DNA from: Pseudomonadota bacterium
GTDB taxonomy: Bacteria; Pseudomonadota; Gammaproteobacteria; Burkholderiales; Eutrophovitaceae
Length of the DNA: 33,200 nucleotides
Direction of reading: 5' to 3'
Assembly (NCBI GenBank): GCA_002704665.1
Contig: PAHB01000116.1
Coordinates: 7,429-40,628, forward strand
Numbering within the stretch: position 1 is the stretch's first letter; the number at the start of each line of letters is the position of its first letter. The notes under the pieces were generated by a model. It was not told the DNA's origin and did not search any database. It saw nothing but the letters and a program-made list of their open reading frames with translations. Of this stretch, positions 1-7,760 are shown piece by piece. A program made the position numbers and the translations under genes.

Positions 1-345
1 CTTCATTAAAGTTATCAATATTTTTTTTCAAAGTCAACTACAAAACCTTTAAAACAGATTCTTTAGTGTGTAGCTTTTGCTCCTTATTTTAAACAGTGAC
101 TGATTTTCTCTTTAACCATAATACAATTTATTTATTATCTATTTGCTTTTTTATTAGATGTAAGCTTTTTGTATATTGATGTTGGATTACTTCAATTTCT
201 TCCGAGAAACATTCAACCCATTCAAATAGATATCCACAACGAAAGAACTTGAGAAGAGATACTTGCTGAAATTTATAGACGGTTAGAAATAATGAACCTC
301 ATGTAGAAATCATCCCATCCAGTGCTTCTCCAATATGAGAACAAA

Positions 346-711
346 TCAATCTTGAAACCAAAGGGGTTCGTCTTCCAAGAATTCTTTAACAGAAGATTCT
401 GTTCTAGACGGATAATCCCAATCTTTTTCAGACCTGTATTTCAAGTTTACTTGCATAGAGAAGCTCCCAAAATTAATTTCCGTATCGTCTAATACGATTT
501 GTTTTCCATCATAGAAAATTTTTTCCATAAAATTTCCATAGGACGTTTCTACACTAGTAATAAACACTTTTTTTATGTTGAATGGTTCCTCTAATTCCAG
601 GAATGCACTTCCAAGCCCACCTTTTCCTTCCCCAATTCTGCATAAGACTTTATCTTTAAACCATTTTTCGGGTTCATTAGTTAGTAGCACTTCACGCGCA
701 TCAACCTCCAA
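346..711 (-). CDS. hypothetical protein (only a TTG start; in frame with the 760..957 ORF)
   Basis: 121-codon ORF with no ATG start and no motif I recognise. It shares a reading frame with the upstream 65-codon ORF, separated by a single TAA at 760..762. Confidence 0.4.
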   Translation of the reverse strand: MEVDAREVLLTNEPEKWFKDKVLCRIGEGKGGLGSAFLELEEPFNIKKVFITSVETSYGNFMEKIFYDGKQIVLDDTEINFGSFSMQVNLKYRSEKDWDYPSRTESSVKEFLEDEPLWFQD

Positions 712-759
712 AATATCAGAAAGTGGAAATTCTTCATGTCCCTCGACAGTAATATTTTT

Positions 760-957
760 TTAATCTTTTGCAACAAGCTCTGTAAGTAAAATACCTCCAT
801 CAATTTCCTGTGCAACGTATTCATCTATGGTATCCCCGGGGTAATCGTCCCATGAATCTTGCTCTGGAATATCAAGTTCTGGTAGGTATGATTTTAAGGA
901 AACCTCCATATTGCTACCTATTAAACTGAGTTTGTATTTGAAATTATTACTCGCCAT
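760..957 (-). CDS. hypothetical small acidic protein (possibly the N-terminal part of an interrupted gene)
   Basis: 65-codon ORF with an ATG start. It is in frame with 346..711 (346..957 = 612 nt = 204 codons). Confidence 0.4.
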   Translation of the reverse strand: MASNNFKYKLSLIGSNMEVSLKSYLPELDIPEQDSWDDYPGDTIDEYVAQEIDGGILLTELVAKD

Positions 958-1037
958 CTGCCATCCCCTTCAGTTTGCCACCAACGTAATCGTTAACACT
1001 AGAGTAAATACGAGACAAGATCAACTGTTACACGGTG

Positions 1038-1340
1038 CTATTGAGGCGGTTGCAAGTCGTTGAGATATATAGGTCTGTCAAAGTAACATTGAACTCGATA
1101 CTGGAGTTATCCACTGAGGCTATGTTCAATTACTTCAAAATCGGAGGCTCCGGAAATAAAATCATTCAAAAGAAAACGACCTACAATGAAAATATTTTCA
1201 GCATGCTGTTTTTCGAATAAAAGTCACTTCAATTTTTCGATTTGAATAAAGGACGAAGCAATGAAAATCTCATCACTCTCCTTACTAACAGCATCTTTGA
1301 GAATTTTTTTGAACTCGGATGTTGTTACGATCTGCTTCAT
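1038..1340 (-). pseudogene. decayed ORF with in-frame TGA and TAA, ending at TAG
   Basis: One minus-strand frame reads MKQIVTTSEFKKILKDAVSKESDEIFIASSFIQIEKLK-TGA-LLFEKQHAENIFIVGRFLLNDFISGASDFEVIEHSLSG-TAA-LQYRVQCYFDRPIYLNDLQPPQ-TAG. It reads as protein-like across the stops. Resemblance to the N-terminus of PLD-family nucleases is weak and unverified. Confidence 0.3.
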
Positions 1341-1389
1341 AGGTAATACTTGGGATTATATTTTGAAATCAATATATTAAGATAAGTAT

Positions 1390-2979
1390 ATGAAATTAAG
1401 CACTGTTTTAAGTCATTTGTCTATAACTGATTTGCAAGATGCAATAGGAAAGGACTTGGTTGAAGGAATGTTTAAACTAGGTATGGAGGTTGACTCATTA
1501 TCGCTAGCTAATTTGTTGGCCAATGTAAAAGGAATACATATTATTGAGAAAAGTAAGGATATTCGAAAAAAACTAAGTGATACGCGTGGCGCTTTAGACA
1601 ATTTAAACTGGGATAGACAAAAGAAAGCAAAGTTTATAGCAGGTAACCAGGACTTGATTGCTGATTTAGCACGGCATTGTCAGTTGGACTACCCTATAGT
1701 ACAAGTACCATCTGCTGTTCCTTGGTCATGCAAAACGATTCAGCAGGAGCGTTCGCTCCATCCATATCAAAACTGGATAAGAAGAGCTGTTTCTACTCAA
1801 GTTTTAGGAGATAAAAAGTCGAGGCGATGCATTATACATATGCCCACAGGTTCCGGAAAGACAACTACTGCGATGTCGATCATAGTTGATTATTTTAGGG
1901 CTTGCCATCCGAAACCTACCTCTGTCGTATGGCTTGCAAATAAAAATGAACTTTGTAATCAGGCGATTGAGGAATTTGAGCGCTGTTGGAAAAATCAAGG
2001 TAACGGCTCAGTTCAAGCGCATAGATTTTGGGGTAATTACACCTCGATAGAGAATATCGTCGATGACAAAAGTAATTTTTTCGTTACCAGTTTTCAAAGT
2101 GCCAATAGTTATAAAAATTCTAATGATGATGAAAAGTTTAGTGCTCTTTTGAAGATTAGCAATCAGACTAGTTTAATTTTTGTAGATGAAGCACATATGG
2201 CAATCGCAGATACTTACAGGGCCGTTATTGAAATGCTCGCTCAAACAAGTGCAAAAGTCATTGGTCTAACTGCTACCCCGGGTAGACATCATATTGGTCA
2301 AGATTCAGATGAAACAAAAGAACTCCATAATTTTTTCGAAAACAATATTATTCGTTTTAGAAATAATGAAGGGCAAGAGGTCGATGATCCAATAAATTTT
2401 TTAACTCAAGAGGGATACCTTTCAAGCACGCTTTTTGAGACAATCCCCGGATCGAAGCAAACGTGGTCTGGAAAGGAAAAGACAGAATATCTTGGAAAAC
2501 TTGAGATACCCTCAAATGTGCTAAAGCGAATTGATAATGATACTGAGAGAAGATTAACGGTAATTGCGAAAGCACTTGAATTGGCAAAAGAAGGCAGGAA
2601 AACGATCGTATTTGCACCGAGTGTGGATTCTGCTATTTTAATGAGCATCTTCCTTACAGACAAAGGTTACGAGGCGAGAGCAGTATCTGATAGAAACCAG
2701 TTCGTCGAAAGAACTAAAAATATCGAAGATTTTAAAAACGGAGAATTCAGCATACTTTTTAATTACGATATTTTAACCACAGGATTCGACGATCCGAAGA
2801 TTGATGCGGTGCTGATAGCGCGGCCCACGCTATCTGTGGTTTTGTATGCTCAAATGATAGGGAGGGGTCTGCGAGGTTTAAAACTTGGCGGTACTCAGGA
2901 ATGCAAAGTAGTCATGGTAGAAGATAATATGGAAAATATGCCATCAATTAAAATGGCGAGCACTTATTTTTTAGATTAA
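1390..2979 (+). CDS. Superfamily 2 DEAD/DEAH-box helicase (ResIII/XPB-like core) with an uncharacterised N-terminal region of about 120 aa
   Basis: Q-like LHPYQ, motif I HMPTGSGKTTTA, motif II FVDEAHMA, motif III GLTATPGR, motif VI QMIGRGLRG. 529-aa ORF with an 11-bp gap to the next gene. Confidence 0.9.
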   Translation: MKLSTVLSHLSITDLQDAIGKDLVEGMFKLGMEVDSLSLANLLANVKGIHIIEKSKDIRKKLSDTRGALDNLNWDRQKKAKFIAGNQDLIADLARHCQLDYPIVQVPSAVPWSCKTIQQERSLHPYQNWIRRAVSTQVLGDKKSRRCIIHMPTGSGKTTTAMSIIVDYFRACHPKPTSVVWLANKNELCNQAIEEFERCWKNQGNGSVQAHRFWGNYTSIENIVDDKSNFFVTSFQSANSYKNSNDDEKFSALLKISNQTSLIFVDEAHMAIADTYRAVIEMLAQTSAKVIGLTATPGRHHIGQDSDETKELHNFFENNIIRFRNNEGQEVDDPINFLTQEGYLSSTLFETIPGSKQTWSGKEKTEYLGKLEIPSNVLKRIDNDTERRLTVIAKALELAKEGRKTIVFAPSVDSAILMSIFLTDKGYEARAVSDRNQFVERTKNIEDFKNGEFSILFNYDILTTGFDDPKIDAVLIARPTLSVVLYAQMIGRGLRGLKLGGTQECKVVMVEDNMENMPSIKMASTYFLD

Positions 2980-2990
2980 AGGAGACCCGA

Positions 2991-4769
2991 ATGGTTAAAA
3001 TAGTAGAAGCGAGGTTAGTCTTGGGAATGTTACGCGATCAAGGTTATAAAAATTCGTCCTACGCCATAGGGGAATTAGTCGATAACTCAATTGACGCTGG
3101 TGCTAAAGAGATACGCATTGGAATAGGAACCGAGGATATTTATAAAAACCAGAGATATAGTGAAAATATTTCGGCAATCGGAACTTATGATGATGGACAC
3201 GGTATGAATAGAGAAACCCTTGAACGTTGTCTTGTCATGGGCTTGAGTGTAAAAGGAGAACATGAAAAAAACAATGAGCAAGATAGTGATTTGGGTAAAT
3301 ATGGGATTGGATTAAAGGGCGCAACCTTTGGCTTTTGCAAGAGGGTAGATATATATAGCTGGCAAGATGGTAACAAACCCTTACATACCTATCTTGATTA
3401 CGACGAAGCATTTGATACTAACTCTGATGAGGTCGAAGTACCTAAAGAAACAAATATACCTGATAAATTTCAACACTTTGTTGCTGATAAATTACCTCCA
3501 TCTGGTACGCTAGTCGTATGGACTAAATTGGATAGGATTCGTCCTCGTAAGGCGCCTACGTTACTTGATCATTTAAATAAAGACCTTTGTCGTATTTTTC
3601 GTCACTTTATGGATGACGATGATAATCTTGGAACTAGGAGAAATATCACTGCAACATATTTTAATCCACAAAAGCAAGGCGTAGAAACCAAAACACTCAG
3701 AGCTAACGATCCAATTTATCTTCTTAAACCAAATAATACTCCTGGTTACGAAGATGAAGCGACCAACGAATTGTTAAAAAATGAGAAAAAGAAAGTTCAA
3801 TGTCCAAAAGGGACGGAACAGGTTATTGAAGTGATCACAACTATTGCAAAACCCCAAGTACAAAAAGGCCAAGCAGGAGATCAGGATGTTGGCCGACAAC
3901 CTATTGGTAAACATTATGGAGATAACCTGGGTATAAGTATTGTGAGAGCCGGTAGAGAAATTAGATTAAGCGATTTCGGTTTTACTATCGACGATCCGCG
4001 AGAAAGATGGTGGGGAATAGAAGTGCGTATTCCACCAGAACTTGACCAGTATTTCGGCATAACTAACAACAAACAGGATGCTACGGTATTTAAAAAATTT
4101 GATGAATCAGAAATAGAGGCTTATGAGGAAGACTTAGAAAATGGAGATGAAAACGAAAAAAACGCTGCGGAAGCCCTCCTATTTGTAAACAGAGTCATTA
4201 CAACCTTTCTTCAGACTGCTCGAGACACAATTAGAAAGCGAGGTTCGAATACCCGCAACAAAAACAAAAAAGTAAATGTAAAAACGTTACCTGAGGTAGC
4301 TACGGATATTATTAAGGATAAAGATCGTGATGTTGAAACTGAATCTGAAAAGATTGCTGCAGAAAAAACCGAGGATCAGAAGTTAAAAGAGAAAATTGAA
4401 TTGATTCTTCGCGAAGAGCCGGAATTAGAACCTGAAGACGCGGAACGTCGAGCTAAAGACAGCCTTAACCACATTGTTGATATTTTTGAAGATAATTGGC
4501 CTGGCACCACGTTCTTAGATGTTGAGTTTAAAGGTCAAGGTGTTGTAGGAAAAATCAATAGAACTCACCCCTTTTATCGATTTTTTTATGAACCGTTAAA
4601 AGACAGTGAAGATCAACGAGCTTTTCAAGCCTTGCAAGCTTTGTTGCTCTCATACTTTCGTGCTGAAGACACTCTTTATAATCAACTAGGTCATCAACAG
4701 TTACAAAAGATTCGAAACGAGTGGGGTAGAAAAGCTGAGTTACTGATAGAAACTCTCACTAATCACTAA
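2991..4769 (+). CDS. GHKL (Bergerat-fold) ATPase, MORC/HATPase_c_3-like
   Basis: N box ELVDNSIDAGA, G1 box DDGHGM, G2 box GKYGIGLKGA. A downstream segment (GISIVRAGREI...WWGIEVRIPPELDQYFGITNNKQD) resembles the MORC-type transducer region, followed by a charged coiled-coil-like stretch. AAGGAG Shine-Dalgarno lies 6 nt upstream of the ATG. Confidence 0.85.
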   Translation: MVKIVEARLVLGMLRDQGYKNSSYAIGELVDNSIDAGAKEIRIGIGTEDIYKNQRYSENISAIGTYDDGHGMNRETLERCLVMGLSVKGEHEKNNEQDSDLGKYGIGLKGATFGFCKRVDIYSWQDGNKPLHTYLDYDEAFDTNSDEVEVPKETNIPDKFQHFVADKLPPSGTLVVWTKLDRIRPRKAPTLLDHLNKDLCRIFRHFMDDDDNLGTRRNITATYFNPQKQGVETKTLRANDPIYLLKPNNTPGYEDEATNELLKNEKKKVQCPKGTEQVIEVITTIAKPQVQKGQAGDQDVGRQPIGKHYGDNLGISIVRAGREIRLSDFGFTIDDPRERWWGIEVRIPPELDQYFGITNNKQDATVFKKFDESEIEAYEEDLENGDENEKNAAEALLFVNRVITTFLQTARDTIRKRGSNTRNKNKKVNVKTLPEVATDIIKDKDRDVETESEKIAAEKTEDQKLKEKIELILREEPELEPEDAERRAKDSLNHIVDIFEDNWPGTTFLDVEFKGQGVVGKINRTHPFYRFFYEPLKDSEDQRAFQALQALLLSYFRAEDTLYNQLGHQQLQKIRNEWGRKAELLIETLTNH

Positions 4770-5003
4770 ATACTAAGTGATCCTATTAATAATTATTGAG
4801 GAAAAAAATTAATTTTGAACTTGAAATCTTTCTATTGGCTTTAGCACGATTGGCCGAAACAGGAGCTCTGAGAAAAGACAAATATAAGTTTAATCAGATA
4901 TTTTTGCATCTGTATATTTTGTATCGTTTTTAGAAATGGGAAAGCTTTTTATCTTTTGATGCTGTAAATGTTATTAAGTCAATTTCTTAAAAAAACTCGA
5001 TAT

Positions 5004-7562
5004 CTAGGTAAGAGCGAGAAACGATTCGGCACTTTTTACTTGAGGGACTCTTTTTCCTGACGATGCACTTAACATCAAAACAATTTGCTGATTGTTATCG
5101 GGTCCGTAGCTTACATGTATAGGGTTATTGTTCCCATAAAAATAGAGTCTGTCGAAAGGAGTATTGCTAACCGTCCATTGCGCTACTTCTAACATGTTTT
5201 CATCGGCAACTAAAAAATCTACTGCAGCTCCAACCCGTTCACAAATAAGACGGCCATTTTTTTTTACTTCATAACTAGCATGTTGATCCCGCGAGGGGTC
5301 GATTCTAGTTTTGATTAGTTTAGAAAGTGCCATGGATGAGAACCCGTAGGTTAACTCTATCATTCCGAAATATTCGACAACTGGTTCAAGAATAAATCGA
5401 CATAAGTCAGCAAGAGCATTATATGTTTCGGGTTGTTCAGGAAGGTTCTCGCATCCAGTGCGTGCTTGGGTCTCTCCGCATCTTATAAGGTCAATGTAGC
5501 GGAAGTTATTACTACATTTGTCTTCGATATTTGGTATATCTAAAATTCTTGATAGAGTGAAATTGTTGATTTTCCATCTATAGCGCTTAAGTTCTGAATC
5601 AAAAGTGTTTCTTTTTGGTCCGAACTGATCAAAATTAAATATCTTTAAATCTTGAAGAGCCTCATCAAATGCAAGTTGTTTAGAATATTCAGGATATTCT
5701 TCATTGATATAACGTGTTTTTAAATATAGGTAAGGCGCATCTTGAACCTCCTCATAGTTAAAATATTCAATATCCTGTTCAATGAGTTTGACTTTCACTC
5801 GTTCTCTCATTATCGGAAGTGCTTGATTATGGAAATCGTCAAATCGGCATAATGTGATTTTGCCAGATAAGATATGAATTTTAACGAGGTCAGCATTCTT
5901 AAAATCTCCGTACAGCAATGATGCAACTCCAATATAAATTCGTAAAATGGGAGCGAGTTGTTCTACCAAAGAAACGTGTAGCTCTAAAGATCGTCCTTCA
6001 ATTAATCGGCCTAAACCTTTTTCACTTGCTTCCTTACATGCTTGCTCAATAAGGTTTGTGTCGGATATCTCATAAAGTATTTTGCGAGCTTCGGATTCCG
6101 CTGCCTTGAGAGAACCAAAAAAAGTTTTTATATCTAGCTGTAGTGTTTTTTCCATTGTCTTGTAAGGACGACGTTTTTGAAAAATATTCAGCGCTAAATA
6201 CACCTTAAGATCGTCGACTTTTAAATCTCTGGCTGTTTCCAGAACCTCGTCGCCTTTTATTTCTCGCAGTAAACGGAAGGTTTTATTAATTGTACCGAAC
6301 TCTGAAATGAGATTGTCTAAGTTAACGCATTCTGTTTCGTGTGGTTTTCTGCCCAATCGTAGTGACAAAAGCCAAAATTCATCTAATAGTTCTTTATGTT
6401 GTTCGTACTTTTCTAAAAGACGATCTGCTTTGGTTTTAGTGTTCGCGTATAAACGGTGTCGCGGTGCATGCAAAAGATTACGTTTGGTCCTCTGTCTATC
6501 GATTAGAAACCGTTGTTCAAACTCTTTGTCCTTAAACAGATAAATAACACCCGGTGCGACTGGAATTGGTTCCTCTCCGGTTACCTGTTCGATAAACGTT
6601 TTGATTTCAGTTTGCGAGAAGTATTTTTGGAATGTGCCTCTCTTTGTGAGAACTCCATCTGCAAAGGCATCTCCCCCTTTGTTGCTGCTGTTTGATAGCA
6701 TAACTGACACTACTAGTAGTTTATTCGCCAGTTTATATGCGTTGGTTAAAGCCTCTATTCGCTCGTCACGGTCTTCAATGACGTTAATTACAAAACCTAG
6801 ATTTACAATATCTGCACATTGAAGGTTTTGTTCAGAAGCATAATAGGGATCCCAACCGCTTGCTTGTATACCGTTTTCGACTAATCCTCGTAAGTCGTCA
6901 CCTTTACCGCAACCGTAATCAAATAAGGTGAGTTCATTTTTGATAAGGCCGTGTCTTGATAGACTTTGGATAGGCGCGGAAAAGTTGTAACGAACCATAG
7001 CAGTTCGATGACGCGCCGACTGCCAGTCATTTGAAATAGAGTCGTTAACTTCCGGAGCATCTTCATTGCCTAGGGGTAAAAATTGATGCTCTATTACTTG
7101 GTAGCCCTTTGCAAAAATAAGTTCTTCCCAATATTTCAAGAATCCGATACTTACGGAATTTTCGAAAAGCCCAATCGCTTCAGCTTGCTCTGTAAGTTCA
7201 CTAAAAAGATTTTTTTGAGGATGATCTCCGGGGAGAAGCAACTCTTTACGATGAAGAATGGGAGGATTATAAGAATATTGATAGGTTCGGTAAGACGCGG
7301 TCTCCTTGGCTAGATTAACTGTCCATGATTCTCTCAATACAGGAAAACCCTCTGAGAAAAAATCTGGATAGTTGAGTAAAGAAAAGCTTTGTTTCTCCTT
7401 ATCGACGGAGAATACGTTGAATGCCCGGCCTCGTTCGACCGAAGCAAGTTTTTCAGCTTGAATAAGTGCTTCAATTAAATTTTTGTCAAAATCTTCTGAG
7501 TCTATGGCGCAAATATGGAAATATCTGCGGTTTCCGACAATTTTTCCAGTTAATTCACCCAT
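5004..7562 (-). CDS. DNA phosphorothioation-associated putative SAM methyltransferase, large multidomain form (852 aa) with a possible C-terminal M15/hedgehog-type peptidase-fold domain
   Basis: SAM motif I LFDYGCGKGDD, then GWDPYY and NLGFVINVIEDRDER, matching my recollection of family TIGR04096 (dnd-associated methyltransferase). C-terminal DQHASYEV...GAAVDF resembles the S-x-H-x-x-G-x-A-x-D signature of the M15 fold (tentative). Divergently adjacent to sspA. Confidence 0.75.
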   Translation of the reverse strand: MGELTGKIVGNRRYFHICAIDSEDFDKNLIEALIQAEKLASVERGRAFNVFSVDKEKQSFSLLNYPDFFSEGFPVLRESWTVNLAKETASYRTYQYSYNPPILHRKELLLPGDHPQKNLFSELTEQAEAIGLFENSVSIGFLKYWEELIFAKGYQVIEHQFLPLGNEDAPEVNDSISNDWQSARHRTAMVRYNFSAPIQSLSRHGLIKNELTLFDYGCGKGDDLRGLVENGIQASGWDPYYASEQNLQCADIVNLGFVINVIEDRDERIEALTNAYKLANKLLVVSVMLSNSSNKGGDAFADGVLTKRGTFQKYFSQTEIKTFIEQVTGEEPIPVAPGVIYLFKDKEFEQRFLIDRQRTKRNLLHAPRHRLYANTKTKADRLLEKYEQHKELLDEFWLLSLRLGRKPHETECVNLDNLISEFGTINKTFRLLREIKGDEVLETARDLKVDDLKVYLALNIFQKRRPYKTMEKTLQLDIKTFFGSLKAAESEARKILYEISDTNLIEQACKEASEKGLGRLIEGRSLELHVSLVEQLAPILRIYIGVASLLYGDFKNADLVKIHILSGKITLCRFDDFHNQALPIMRERVKVKLIEQDIEYFNYEEVQDAPYLYLKTRYINEEYPEYSKQLAFDEALQDLKIFNFDQFGPKRNTFDSELKRYRWKINNFTLSRILDIPNIEDKCSNNFRYIDLIRCGETQARTGCENLPEQPETYNALADLCRFILEPVVEYFGMIELTYGFSSMALSKLIKTRIDPSRDQHASYEVKKNGRLICERVGAAVDFLVADENMLEVAQWTVSNTPFDRLYFYGNNNPIHVSYGPDNNQQIVLMLSASSGKRVPQVKSAESFLALT

Positions 7563-7760
7563 TGGTCTTGTTTGTGAGAACGTTACGCGGATTCTACATA
7601 AACCGGCGCCTCTTCTCTTACTTAAAAGCTCCTTTTAGTTTTTTTTAATTTTTTTATAACAATAACAGTAACTTATAACAATCTGAGACCGCTGCTTGTA
7701 GACTTTACGGAATAGAGCTAAACTGCATTTAAGTTAACTAGATTTTACGGATGTTACAAG

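Noticed and set aside
1-345. AT-rich non-coding left edge, examined for a direct repeat of the tRNA-Arg 3' end (distal att site) and for terminal inverted repeats.
   Set aside because: No match to the tRNA 3' segment or to sequences near 17.9 kb was visible by eye. This cannot be excluded without an alignment.
1351-1389. Possible sigma-70 promoter for the helicase operon (TTGGGA-17 nt-TATATT, or TTGAAA further downstream) and the lack of a Shine-Dalgarno before ATG 1390.
   Set aside because: Several equally weak hexamer combinations exist in this AT-rich stretch, so I cannot support a specific promoter call from sequence alone.
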